DNA of 64,000 nt, from assembly GCF_018977255.1 (NCBI RefSeq), contig NW_024704742.1, positions 97,900,001 through 97,964,000 of the forward strand, in the 5' to 3' direction. Below, piece after piece: positions 51,361 to 64,000 of the stretch. The position numbers and the translations under genes were made by a program. Numbering within the stretch: the first letter of the stretch is position 1; each line of letters opens with the position of its first letter. The stretch is from Callorhinchus milii (Eukaryota). The notes beneath the pieces are model-generated. The model was not told the origin of the DNA. It was given only the letters and a program-made list of their open reading frames with translations, and did not search any database.

Positions 51361-52529
51361 TAAATACAAAATTGATATACTGCGGTATAGGGAGGCAGCA
51401 GACCAGAAGGTGATGCTGAGAAAGCCACGAGCGGGAAATTGGAGAAATTTACTTTTATATTCCAGACCTGTTTATTCTAAAGCCCAGCATCCTTTTTGCT
51501 TTACTGATTGCTTTTTGCAAAGGATTTGCCCAGTGTCCAGTTCAAAAATTCTCTGGATTATTTGGTCATTTACCTCATAGCTGATGCTGGTCCTTGCTGC
51601 ACGGTCCTCTCTATTAGGGATTTGGCTGACGGTATATAGGTTCTATCTACACTTTCAAGACTGCCTTGGATTGTTATAAATTTCACTAACAAGTTTGAGT
51701 GAATGGTCTTGCAAACTAACAATGCAAAAAATTGACTGCCATATTTAGCCCACCAAAATACAGTCAATCCACTTTACAGTATATTCTGTGAAGCGCTTTG
51801 AGACATCTCAACAACATGACAAGGTGCAATATCAATACCCTGGCTTGTCAGCTTGCCTATAACCAGAAAACAATGACAGCCAGCACCATTAGGGTCAGTG
51901 GGAGACACTGTCCAACTTTTGGCTTCAGAAGCAGTGGGGAATATGTGCCTTTAGACATGGCAATAGGTGCCTCTGGATGAACTATCAGCATCTTCTCTAG
52001 ATTACAATACTGCCAACAAGGGCAGGACTGCACAGCACAGCAAACTATAGAGGCAGCATCTGGAAAAAGACAAGTTCAAAGTAATTTTAATGTGCATCAA
52101 CTCATTTCCTGTACATGTACGACTGTCTGATTTTAGGCAGGAGAAGGAACACATGGCTTGCCAGAGCATCTGAATTATTAAGCAAGCTGCACAGCAGGGG
52201 TTTGGAACTGTTGTGATATCCAACCGTTCATTGAAACGAAAACCTATTGATGCTGCAGCTCAATGTTAAAAGACTGGTGCATAAGTTAAGACACAGAACA
52301 GAAGGTAATCAGTAAACAGCTCAGTGGGTTTGAGGTTGGGGCCCACACATCATCAGTTGACAACAGAGGGACAGGAACCCTTGTTGAGTTCTACCACAAA
52401 GAAGGGGACTCCCCCATCAGGAACTGTTTGAAATATCAAAGTATCCGCAATGAACTATTAAGCATCCACATGAAACACCTTACCAAGACTGATTTTTTCA
52501 CTTCCAGTACATTGTCCATCTCACACCCA

Positions 52530-53062
52530 ATGTTGCCAAAAACGCCTTTCACGTCTTTATTATCTACTACAGAAACTTTCATAATATAGTCTTTGCTGGT
52601 CTCCCTAGTCCCATCATCTGTAAATTCCAGCTAATCCAAAAAATCACTGCCCACATCCTCACCCACACCAAACTGACTCCATTTGCTCCTTATCTCCCAA
52701 TGGATCAATTTCAAGATCCTCACTGTCACCTATAAATCTCTTCACACCCGAATACCTTCCTAGCTCTCTGTTCTTCTCCGACCCCACTCCTTTACTCGCA
52801 CCATCCACTCGACTAATTTGTGCATGCTACAGGTCCCCTACCCAACCGCACATCATTGGCAGCTGAGTTTTCAAAAAATATGCCCATAACGTCTGGAAAT
52901 CCTTCTCTCTACCCCTCCTTGCTATCTGTCTTCAAACCCCACCTTTTTGATGGTGCCTTTGGTTACCCTTCCCCCTTTCCCTTGTTCAGTGTATGACACT
53001 ATCTTTGTGAATCGCTCTGCAACATTATCATGCATGATGTGCACTATATAAATACAAGTTGG
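52530..53062 (+). mobile_element. Old L2 3' fragment
   Basis: gatcaatttcaagatcctcac; tail gcactatataaatacaagtt. Confidence 0.7.
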
Positions 53063-53744
53063 TCTCGCCATCTTCTTAGACCATGGGGCTGATGTTTTTA
53101 TCATCTGTGGGCACTGCGGTCTTTGTAGGCTGAGCATGGATCAACTATACTGGCCTAACTCATAATGCCTGAAGATACTTATTGAGGGCTATCTTACAAT
53201 GATAAAAAATAGTGATCTTTAAACCGCCTCTTTATAATGGGATTTTCCATAATAAAGACACACCAAAAAATGTTATTTCCAGCACTCAATGGATGCCAAA
53301 GCCCCTTGGCTGACGGCAGAGTTAACTTCATTGTGTGCCTCTGATATCGATGTGGATGCAGTGAAGTAAACAGAACATTAGAGGAGTTAATGAGCCAACC
53401 AGTCTGAAAAATTGAATAGCAAACTCAAATTGTTGAAATCTCCAACCTCATATTCACAATGAAATAATTGGAGTCTCTGTTTAAGTAGTAAATCTCAAAG
53501 AAAATAATCAGCACAAGCAGGCAGAAAAAGTCGATTAGGCGTTTAAGTTAATTGTTCTTTATTGTGGTTTGATATTTTAGACAGTTCCTGATGAGGATTT
53601 CATTTCTTTGTGTTCAAGATTTCTTGAGCCACGTGCCCATAAGATGTAGGTATCTGTACTCTTCTGTAACTTCTACCATGTCATTGTGACCTCTCAATTT
53701 ACCTATGGCCACTATCTTACCTATTTGCATCGGACACATCTTGT

Positions 53745-53960
53745 CACTCATACTCTGGGATCCCCAAGCCTTGGCTCGTGCCAATCTGTGCCTAATACTT
53801 TCTGGAATTAGGTAAGCAGGATGCATCCCTCCAGGGAGAGTGTGCATTCCATTCCAACAATCTATCCCTGGAATTTCCACGTGTAGGTGAAATGCCTGGA
53901 ATTCGCAGCTTGGTTTGGGTTTCTGCAAATGTCAGACACCCCACAAAAAAAATCACATTT
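53745..53960 (+). repeat. Unclassified dispersed repeat (family X) copy
   Basis: cccaagccttggctcgtgccaatct...ccctccagggagag...ccattccaacaatcta shared with 24510 and 10645. Confidence 0.78.
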
Positions 53961-54032
53961 TGCCACGTAAGCTCTTTTCTTGATATTAAAGTGACTATAG
54001 GGATCAAACAGTGATATTACTATTATTACTAC

Positions 54033-54417
54033 ATGTGTCTTCTCCCGCACCAAACTCCGTGACCCCATCTCCCCCATTCTCGCCCAACTTCATTGGCTCC
54101 CTATCCTTCAGAGGATCCAGTTCAAGATCCTGGTCCTCACCTACAAAGCCCTCCATGGCTTCGCTCCACACTACCTCTGCGACCTCCTAACCCCCTACCA
54201 ACCCGCCGGTTCCCTCCGCTCAGCGGGCTCCGGCCTGCTCCATATCCCCCGACCCACCCGCCCCACCATTGGCAGGAGAGCTTTCAGCCACTCTGCCACC
54301 AACCTCTGGAATTCCATCCCCCAGTCATTCCACCTCGTCCCACCTTAGTCTCCTTCAAGTTCCGCCTCAAGACCTTCCTCTTTGACCATGCCATCGGCCA
54401 CCACACTTGTTGTTGTA
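54033..54417 (+). mobile_element. L2-A 3' fragment
   Basis: gaggatccagttcaagatcctggtcctcacc; FKFRLKTFLFDHA. Confidence 0.88.
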
Positions 54418-54764
54418 TTATTTCACTCATGGTATCATATAATGTTACAGAAATCCAGACATGGAGTTGCAATTCATTAACAGTTAGCATTTTCAAAAAC
54501 CGGTGATTTATGTGAAACAGTCTCAATAATTTCATTACGCTCATTGCAAGTTTTGCTCTGACATGTTAATGTGGTCGATTTTGGAGTATTAATAGATTTC
54601 TAAATAAACATAGATTCTACAAACAGATTTGCTTATTTCAAAGCCTCTAGGATGATGGGATGTATAATGTAAATGCATCTCATGCCGGGACTTTGAAACT
54701 TTGCTACAACATGACTAGATCATTATATGTTGTTATCTGCCTTTTTTAAATACTACTACCAATA

Positions 54765-55070
54765 ATAACCCTAACATTTGGTATAGCATCTTTCAAGCCA
54801 GGAGAATGCTTCAAAGAACTTCACATGATATACTGTAAAGTGGAGGGACTGTGCATTTTCTGGGAGAACATGGAAGCCAATCTTGCGCACAGCAATATCC
54901 CACAAACAGCCATGAAGTGAATGACTAATTTTTATTGGGGATTGTTGGCCAGGACAATGGGAGAAACTCTCTTCTCATTTTGATTAACGTCACTGGAACT
55001 TTAATGTCCAGCTGATCAGAGAGATCTCAGACTAATGTTTAATGCAAGAGACAGCACCCCTGACATCATC
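54765..55070 (-). mobile_element. Deu-SINE relic
   Basis: gcgcacagcaatatcccacaaacagccatg...ttggccaggaca. Confidence 0.75.
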
Positions 55071-56072
55071 AGTCTCCCCAGCTAAACCATCTGCAAATTC
55101 CACTTGGCGAAACCCCTGCCCACCTGTACCATTATTCACACAATACATTGCTTGACCATCAGCCACTAAAGTCTACAATGGTTTTAAGTCACCATGTGTC
55201 CCCATTCTCTGGAACTCCCTCCCTCAACCATTTTTCTTACCCCATTTATATCTCTCTGTCTGTCTTGAAAGTTGACCTGAAACCTATCTCTCTGATCATG
55301 CCTATGGTTATCCATCTTCTTCCTCCCTGCTCAGTCCCTGGCACTGCCTCAGCAAGGCACTCCAAATTATTACTCTACCTAATGGGTGCTGAATGCATGT
55401 TGTTGATGTTATAGAATGGAGAAGCTCAGCACCGGGGGAGATGGAGGTGAATTTGCCCTTTGTAAGAGACCCGAGAGCAATTATTTTTAAAAAGAATGAA
55501 ATGTCAACTAACCTCCCGCAACAAGCCTGTGCGTGTTAGTGAGTTAAATATTTTATTTTATACGTCTATAATAACATGAAGATAAAATACAAGCAAATTG
55601 CATTATTACAAAACCAGAGAAAAAATAAAAAGTGTTTACTTCAGTACATGTATTAAAATTACACGGTGTAAAAGTTCCAATAAGAGGTCACAGTTTACGG
55701 TTGTGAAAGACTATTTGGGGTAGACACCAGGGATTATTGTTCAAAACACTGAGGATTGTTAATAACTTTTCCAATTACAGGTAAGAGCAGTTGAAGCCAG
55801 GACACTGGATTCATTTATGAAAGAGCTTGGTACTATAATTGGAAGACAAAAGGATGATATCAGATAGGTCAAAGAGCTTTCTTCAAATGTACGTTTCTTG
55901 TAATTTACTGATGTCATTCTGTTTTTTTCTTACATTCTGCGGGCCATTAACAAAGCAATATGGTTAGGGAGCTGACAGCTGATGGGCATTCATCCCCACA
56001 GTACAGGAGAGATGAGTGCTGGAGGAACAGATATCTGAAAAGAGAGAAATAACAGGAAAAATGTATGTATAT

Positions 56073-56362
56073 TGGAGGTGCTGTTCCTCAGATGAGACAT
56101 TAATCCAAGGTCCCATCTGCCTGTTCAGATGAATGTTGAAGAACCCACGGCACTATTTGAGAAGGGAAGACAGTTTCTCCCAGTGCTTTGGCCAGAAACC
56201 CTAGACATTCACTTCATGTTTGTTTGCGGGATATTGCTGTACTCAAATTGCCTGTCACATTTGCTTACAAACACAGTCAATGCATTTTACAGAAATTCCT
56301 TGTGAAGTTGTGTGAGACGTTTTGAAGTTACAGGCACCAAATCAAATGCAAGGATTTTTATT
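56073..56362 (+). mobile_element. Deu-SINE relic
   Basis: cagatgagacattaatccaaggtccc...ggcactatttgaga...atcaaatgcaagga. Confidence 0.78.
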
Positions 56363-57204
56363 GTGTCTAAACTCAGTGGTGGGGGGGTTGTATTCATCTA
56401 ATAGTAACTGTGCTTAGTAACTGAAAACAGATAAATTAGACAAACGCTTGCCTGATGCTTAATTTAAATCAAATTAAAATGCCAGGTTGAGTTAGAGCAA
56501 AAATGTATCCTTTGTGCTCAATATAAATGACAACCTTCTTTGTTGCTATTGCACTGGGGATATTGTGCCAGTCTCATGGAAGGAGGAAATACAACCCAAT
56601 AATGCTGGCAATAAGTAACTCTAATTAACTGTGAAGACCGGAGGTAGAAACAGAAGCCTTTTGCGATTTTAGAGACGCTGGGCTTCAGTTAAGGGAATCC
56701 AGCTGTTATTCCTGATAAACACCTGCACATTCAATACTTCTTCAGAGCAGGTCAAAGTTAATTCTTGTCACTGAGCAATAAAAGCAGCCAGCTGACATTT
56801 AAAGATCAACTCCTTAAAGAGGAATCCATTCAAGTGAATTGCCGCATGTTAATCCTAAATGTTACAAAGGGAGTTATCTGCACTTTTATCAGAGGCTCTC
56901 AGTGACAATAAACTATTCTATTTCATGCTTTAAAAGTGCTCGTTAGAGGCACTGTGGGAACGGTTGTTTTATGTAAGCACTTCACTCACTGCGATATCAC
57001 AGCTCCCCACAGTGTAGTTCACTGGACCTGAACTTTATAGAGTCACACCAGGGAGACTGCACTCCTAAAGTCTACTCTCAGGGTGACTCTATATAGTGCT
57101 CTTCAAGATTAAAACACTGCACAAGAGGAGCAAAGAGCTGATAATAACACAATCATTCATTACTGTATAAAGCTTCTTTCGGATTTCTTGGTGAGAGAAG
57201 AAGC

Positions 57205-58180
57205 TTTGGAACTCTCTCCCTTAATCCCTCCATCTTACCCCTTCCTTCCCCTCTTTAAATCACCCTCCTCTTCGGCCATGCTTACTGTCACCTCCTCCCT
57301 CCCACCGGCTCGGCGCTACTGTTAAGCGATCGAAGACGCTACCCTGCTTGAAGGGTGCTCCGTGACCCTATCACCCGCATCCTTGCCCAACTCCACTGGC
57401 TTCCCATCACACAGAGGATACAGTTCAAGATCCTGGTCCTCACCTTCAAAGCCCTCCACGGTCTCACTCCCTCCTACCTCTCCGATCTCCTAACCCTCTA
57501 TCACCCTGTTTGCTCCCTCCGCTCAGTGGGCTCCGGCCTGCTTCATGTCCCCGACCTTGCTCGCCCCACCATCAGCGGGCGGGCCTTCCTCCACTTAATA
57601 ATAATAATCCTTGCATTTGATATAGCACTTTTCACGTCTTCTAGACGTCCCAAAGCGCTTCACAGAATATACTGTAAAGTGAATTGACTGTATATTTGTG
57701 GGCGAACACGGCAGCCAATTGCGCACAGCAGTGCCCAACAAACACTCATGGATTGAAAATGACCAATTTATTATTGTTTTTGGTTTTGGAGGGATTATTA
57801 TTAGGAATGTGGAGTAAGGAAACTTGCCCAAGGTTTCGCCCTGCCTGGAATTGAACTCAGGTCTCTCACTTGCAAAACGAGTGCTCTAACCACTGAGCTA
57901 CAGGACACCACAACTCACACCCACCCTCTGGAACTCCATACTGTAGTCCCTCTATCTCACCCCCTCCCTCGCCACTTTGAAGACCCACCTCAAGACCCTC
58001 CTCTTTGACCATGCTTTCGATCTCCCTACTTCCCCCCCTGCCCTCCCCCACCCAGACCCTCAGCTCAGGTCCATAACTCTGTCTGTCTAGCGCCTTGGGA
58101 CGTCCTCCCGACGTGAAAGGCGCTATACAAATGTAATTTTGTTATTGTTGTTGCTATATATATATGCAAGTTGTTGTTGC
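57205..58180 (+). mobile_element. Three-level nest: L2-B tail hosting L2-A (57360-58151), which hosts a SINE
   Basis: TGCT duplicated at 57356-57359 and 58152-58155; the host tail resumes atata...gcaagttgttg. Confidence 0.85.
57596..57906 (-). mobile_element. tRNA(Ala)-derived SINE, short subfamily with TAGAA tail loop
   Basis: Body like the youngest copies, but the tail reads gggacgtc-TAGAA-gacgtg. Confidence 0.92.
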
Positions 58181-59119
58181 TATGGTGGTGATGGTGTGGG
58201 AAGTGGGGAGGACGGGAAGTGTCAGTAGCGCAGTGACTCACTTCGTATTTGTAGTGCTGAAGACTTGGTTTCCACTCTATTTGGGGCGAACTGCTATGTT
58301 TGACCATTCTCGCCACTTCTTGTTTTGCAGCATTTTCAGGCGAACTCGAGACTGCACATGATTCGAAGCACAGTTTGCACAGACCAATCCAACAACAAAC
58401 ACCGGAGCTGCAGAAGACGCCCCTCGTCTGTTTCTTTCTTTAGCATCCTGGCTTAATTAAAGTGTCAGACAGGAACAGCTTCACTGGCTGCCTTTCCCTC
58501 TTTGATCCTGTCAGCTTGACATTTGGTATTCGTTATATCCACCAGCTCCTTTTTGGAGGATTTCACTTCAGGCTGCTCTAACTGGTAGATTTTCAAACAT
58601 TACCTCATTCTACAGGCAGAAAATGAGGAAGCCAGCAGAGGCTGAGCAAGATGGAAAACAGCAACATTGAGTTTAACAAACAGAGAAAGGAGAATTGCAT
58701 GCACACACACAACTGCAACAAGGTCACCTGTCAAATAGCTGGAGTCCTCCTATGGTGTGACCGCATTCTCAGTGAACGCCTGGCTCAGTTCAAGGTGCTC
58801 TTGCTTCTGGGTTGTGGGTTTGAACCACATTGAGCACCTAGTCATGGCTGACGGTATAGTGCAGTACTGCGGGACTGCTGCTTTGACGTTAAATTGTTTT
58901 GCCCCCAAAATACAGTCAATCAACATCTCAATGACGTGACAAGATGCTACATCAAATGCAAATGGTTCCATTGTATGTCCCGTATTTTAAAATGTTATTG
59001 TGAATTTTGCAAAGCTGTGCAATTTGTTTTGATGTGAGGATAGCCTTGCTGAGATTTAGTATCTTTATTGGTGCTCATATTCTAGCCCAGTCTTGCAGAT
59101 TAGGCAACAAATTCTCATG

Positions 59120-59433
59120 TGGAGTCTAGCTCAGTGATTGGAACACTCGCCTCGCAAGCGAGAAACCTGGGTTCAATTCCATGCAGGGCAAAACCTTGGG
59201 CAAGTTTCCTTACTCCACATGCCAGATAATAATCCCTCAAGAAAAAACAACAACAATAATTTGGTCACTCAATCCACAACTATTTGTGGGACACTGCTGT
59301 GCACAATTGGCTGCTGTGTTTTGCCCACAAATATACGATTAATTCACCTTACAGTATATTCTGTGAAGCGCTTTGAGACTTCTAGAAGATGTGAAAAACA
59401 CTGCATCAAATGCAAGGATTATTATTATTATAT
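59120..59433 (+). mobile_element. tRNA(Ala)-derived SINE, early short subfamily
   Basis: CGC anticodon, internal deletion present, TAGAA loop. Confidence 0.9.
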
Positions 59434-59814
59434 TAAACTCAGGTCCTGGCTGGCTGTTTGTGAAAGGGAGGATTTTGTGGCACTATTTGAAAATAAAGGT
59501 GATATTCTCCTCATCTGCTGGCTAACAATTCTCTGGCTAAATTGAGAAGTCTTGTGGCTGTTTGCAAGACCTTGTTATGTGCAAAATAATTGCTGTATTA
59601 GCTTACAAAACAGTTATTTCTTTTCACAGTTCTTGTAAAGCATTTTGAGATGTTTTGACGGGATAAAGTGCTATAAGAAGATAAGTTCTTCATTTCCCTT
59701 TTAGACTCTGGACAATTCTAAGTATTACATTCTTTTCCCTCCACAAATCATTCCTGAGGGATGATACCACATGCAGGGAACAGCCTCTGCGCCACACCAA
59801 GTGCCTAACCTTAA

Positions 59815-60138
59815 TGCATGAAGGATGTCTCAAAGCATGTAACAGAATATACTGTAAAGTGATTTGACTGTATATTTTGTGGGCGACACTGCAGCGAGTT
59901 GTGCACAGCAGTGTCCCACAAATAGTCGTGGATTGAGTAACCAATTTTTTAAAACAAATTTTGAAGGAATTATTACCCTGGAAAAGCAATCTGCCAATCC
60001 ACTAACAACCAGTTTCCTACTTACTGTTAGGTAAACAGAGGTGTGTGGAGTAAGGACACGTTTCGCCCTGCCTGGGAATCGAACCTAGGTTCTCTCGCTT
60101 GCAAGGTGAGTGCTCTAACCAATATGCTACAGGACTCT
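59815..60138 (-). mobile_element. tRNA(Ala)-derived SINE, long subfamily
   Basis: Carries the extra internal segment; head ends gctacaggactc on the plus strand. Confidence 0.85.
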
Positions 60139-60819
60139 ACAATAATTGTTAATATCCTGTTGAGACTCACAAGACTTTTCCACAGTGATTGGTGAAATAT
60201 TTTTCAAATTAATAACACAAGGACTACATTCTGAAGGATTCTAGAGGCTACGTATAATCTTTTGAAAATGTAATGGCTCCTACCTCTCTCGATCATATCC
60301 CAATTTCTGTCGCGTGTGCAAAATTGTACAGATAAATTAAAGGACATTTCTGAAAGACTCATCAATTAAACATCTTATGTCATTCGACTAGGTCTGTAAT
60401 AGCAGTCAGATTTCAACGGTAAACACAACAAAACTGCTGCCTAACTGAATTGATTGTCTTTCTAATTGGTTTGACTAAGTGTTTTGGTTTATTCATTGAG
60501 GTCAACTGGCATTAATATAAGACGGACCAGCTTCAAGGTTCTTGTACCCCATTCCTCAGCTCAGTTAACATGGGCCCACTGGAAACACTTCACCCCCCTC
60601 AAAGCCACAATTGATGTCCCAACCTTCAGTTAGCACATCTCTAACCTCTGGAACTCCCTGCCTCTAACCCTTCACATCAGTCATTAAATCCTACCTTAAA
60701 ACCTACTTCTTTGATTCCACCTACTTCTCCCCTCCCTTTCCATCTACTCCCTTGCTCATTGTTCACTGTGATGTGCTCCTAGACATTATCCTATATGAAG
60801 GGTGCAATGTAGTCACAAA

Positions 60820-61415
60820 TGATGTCCTCTCTCTCTGTGACCAGGGATCCCTCTGCTTTCTTGTTCTCCTGGACATCTCTGCTGCATTTGACATAATCAA
60901 TCATGCCATCCTCCACAGTCTCTCTTCCTTCATCCATATTAGTAAGACTTTAGGACTTCACTCTCTTGGTTCAAGACCTACTTAACCAACCACCATCACT
61001 TCGTCTGCACACATAGTTTTTCCTCCTGCTTCACCCAGTCACCTGCGGGGTACCCCAAAGCTCTATCCTTGGCCCCTTCATCTTCCTCTTTTACATACTC
61101 CCCTTCGGTGATGTCATCCGCAGACATGGAGTCAACTTCCACATGTATACAGATGATACTCAAATCTACTTCTCCTCCCCCAGCTGCAACTCGAGGTCTA
61201 CTGATGTTCTGTCAGCTGGTTTGATGGACATCAAGGCCTGGATGAGTTTAAACTTTCCTCAACCTCCTTAGCCTATCCCTCAAACTCACTGAACCTGTGC
61301 ATAATCTAGACATCAGGTTCCATCTGAAACTATACTTCTTACCCCGCATCCAGTCCCTGACCAGGACTGCTTTCTTCCACCTCCATCACATTGCCTATCT
61401 CTGACTGTGCCTCAC
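60820..61415 (+). mobile_element. L2-B RT internal fragment
   Basis: VTNDVLSLCDQGSLCFLVLLDISAAFD; gggtaccccaaagctc; YTDD. Confidence 0.85.
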
Positions 61416-62084
61416 ACTCTTATTTCCTTCATGGTTTCCTGAAGTATATTTCTCCATTGCAGAACTTTAATGGCACTGCATTCAGCTGTGAAATCAGAGC
61501 ATAGTTTTATAATAATAATAATTTATGAAGGTCTTAAACACTTAGTAAACAACACTGAAATACTGACGTTTGCTATTTTGATTTATTCCACATGCAACAT
61601 ATTTTACTATGAAATAATCCCATTGGGAGTAGAACAGAATAAAAGGCACAATTTTAATGCATGTCATTCAACGGACATAATAAACTCCTGTGTACTTTTG
61701 ATTCACTTCACGGTAAGTGCTTTATTTTATCATCTGCAAAGTTACAGCTTCGCTGAAAGAAATCAGTGTGGGAATATTCTAGAATGAAAAAGAATCTAAG
61801 ATCTGAAATAAAAAGAATAAGGTCAGCAAAGTGGGATTTCAGAACACAGACTTGGATTTACAAATGGAATTTCCTTCTGGTCCCTTCCTTCTGTCTTTGA
61901 CCGGTGAGAGCTCCACTTCAACACAATGTATTCTTGGAACTATCTTCCCTTGGGGTGTGTGATTTATCTTCGGTTATCAGAAGCGATCCTCATTGGTACT
62001 CAGAGTTCCTTATTAAAAAAATCCCATTCGAATTTGATGCATTTTAGACCCAAACAAGCTCGCAAACCACACTTATTTTTGAAG

Positions 62085-62156
62085 CAGCCATGATCTAATA
62101 GAATGGCAGAACAGGCTCGAGGGACTGAATGGCCTATTCCTGTTCCTATGTTCCTA
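62085..62156 (+). mobile_element. CR1-type 3' tail
   Basis: gaatggcagaacaggctcgagggactgaatggcctattcctgttcctatgttcct. Confidence 0.75.
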
Positions 62157-62589
62157 AATATCTCTGATAGAACCTTTGCTGGCCTGAATTGCTTTCTCAC
62201 ACTCAAAGATGTATTATGCTTCTTTATCACCATGTAGGTTTTATCAGCCTAATTATTCTATCTAAATTATAAAAGGGTACATATTGTGGCCCCTCACAGG
62301 TAAATTTAGCGACTGTGCATTTGCGAGAGCAGAGGATCAATGTGGCATATGAGAGAAGAAAATCTGCAATCCACAAAGTTGTTGTTGCAAGAGAAGAGAT
62401 AATCTTATTGACAGCTGCTTCTGCAGCAGCTCTTCAAAGAACTTTTAAAACCAGAATTTTTCAGCACAGATGAAAACCATTTGGCCTTTTATGTCTGTGC
62501 TAGCTCTTTGAATAAGCTATTTGTTTAGTCCCTCTCCCCTGCCGTTTCCCAATACCTGTTTGTATTTTAGGCAGAATAACACTGTGGAC

Positions 62590-62785
62590 CAGGGTGGTCC
62601 AACCTTTTTGCTGTTGAGGATGCCCTCATTGAAAAACGTATCATAAGTGATATTTTTGTGTTTCCTCTCCAGAAGCATAACATAACAGTATATATGGGTT
62701 CCGGAGGGAGCGGGTGGGCCAGGTGAAATGGAGTGTGGGGGTGGTGGATGAAATTGGCCCACGGACCACCAGTTGGACAACCCCG
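62590..62785. mobile_element. hAT (Charlie-like) non-autonomous DNA transposon, 196 bp
   Basis: TIRs CAGGGTGGTCCAAC / GTTGGACAACCCCG; 8-bp TSD CTGTGGAC (62582-62589) and CTGTAGAC (62786-62793). Confidence 0.88.
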
Positions 62786-63019
62786 CTGTAGACTGATAAG
62801 AAAACGGAGTGTGAAAAGGCCTTTCAGCCCATTGAAGCCTGTTCCTTCCAGAGACTAAGGAAATCCTGTTTCATAAACCCTGCCCCAAAACACATTGCAC
62901 CCCATTCATCATATGACTGAGGAGAAAGCACTTCGTAGACATTCTCTGAACTCAACTGTTAGGGACTCAACTGTTAGGGGCTTAATCACAGTTGAACCTG
63001 TTTTCACTTAATGTGTAGG

Positions 63020-63155
63020 GAGCGGGGGAGGAAGTGATCAGGATGCCTAGCTGAGATTTGCTCTCTTTAGTACATAGCCCATTAAGGTCATTTATATTGC
63101 TTTTGCTGACACCTAAACTGAGATCAACTAACTCTGACTGTAGATCAACCCTGGC
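63020..63155 (-). mobile_element. Ancient AmnSINE2-like relic
   Basis: Minus strand ccagggttgatc...agagttagttgatctcag. Confidence 0.4.
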
Positions 63156-63893
63156 AGAATACACAGCTCTGTAGGGAAAGGAGAGAGCCTGTCACATTTT
63201 AATGAGTTCTAGGCTGTCTTTTACAATTACCAGGTTTATACGTACTAAAAACATCAGCCTGTGATTAAAGCAAATAAAATATAATCAGACACATGTATGT
63301 GGACAGTTGAATCAGCTTGGCTACTTTAATCTCAATGAATGGAGGGTACTGTTTTACACTAATTTAATATTCTTCGGCAAAAGCAATAGATTTTCTAAAG
63401 ATAAAATTGCTGTATTACTTATAAAAGAGGAAAATGCTAAAAGGTTCTTAGAAGCCTTCTGGAGTGATTCAAAGAAATGGGTAGGTTCTTTCAACCAATC
63501 AGAGTACAATTGGGTTAAATATCACATCAGACTGCATTACAGAATGCACACAGAAAGCACTTTTGCTAAATTCAGGACGGTTCAAGTGGATGGAACTAAT
63601 GTGTTTTAATAACCCATAAGGAGTAAATAGAATAATATCCAGGCTGTCTGCTCGTCGGGGAAGGGTGAAAATGCAGAATCAATTGAAGTGTTTAAAAGGG
63701 AGATAGATTTGATTGAGATCCCACAGATGAAAAGGCAGCTTGTTACAATTTGACCCAGTCCTTTTTCACTTTTGGTTGTATTTCATTTCAGTAGTTGCTT
63801 TGGTTTATAAGATATAACATTTGGTTTCTTCTAAATACAGCAGTGATTTTCATTTTACTACATCATGATCTAAGGTAATACTCCAGTGCAGTA

Positions 63894-64000
63894 CAACAAC
63901 AACAACAAAATTACATTTATGGAGCGCCTTTCACGTCGGGAGGACGTCCCAAAGCACTGAACAATCAGGTGTCGAGGCCCGAGCACGGGGGAGGGTTGGT
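63894..64000 (-). mobile_element. Young L2-A 3' tail, running off the window edge
   Basis: caacaacaac...gcgcctttcacgtcgggaggacgtccc. Confidence 0.88.

Noticed and set aside
63307..63609. 100-aa ORF as a gene
   Set aside because: Non-ATG start, no recognisable domain or splice signals, and it runs into a decayed CR1-like end.

Overview
This is a eukaryotic, repeat-dense, non-coding window (intronic or intergenic). The repeat content points to a cartilaginous fish, probably a chimaera/holocephalan; that is inference. I could not support any intact host protein-coding gene, RNA gene or CRISPR array, and nearly all ORF-track entries are frames of decayed retroelements. The window contains many 5'-truncated L2 LINEs of at least three 3'-end types, CR1 LINEs of several ages (one 3.5-kb copy reaches from the ORF1 esterase to the 3' tail), and several generations of tRNA-derived SINEs with Deu-type bodies and L2-type tails. 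It also has ancient AmnSINE2-like relics, two Penelope-like insertions carrying minimal hammerhead ribozyme cores, a hAT MITE with an 8-bp TSD and an unclassified ~450-bp dispersed repeat. The most interesting signals are: (1) the youngest SINE subfamily has replaced the loop of its 3' stem-loop with the loop of the youngest L2; (2) three nested insertions land on the same GCTATAT motif of host tails; (3) two CR1 copies share inactivating lesions; (4) the Penelope/hammerhead inverted insertions. Family names come from my recall of consensus sequences, not a database search. Boundaries of old elements are approximate.
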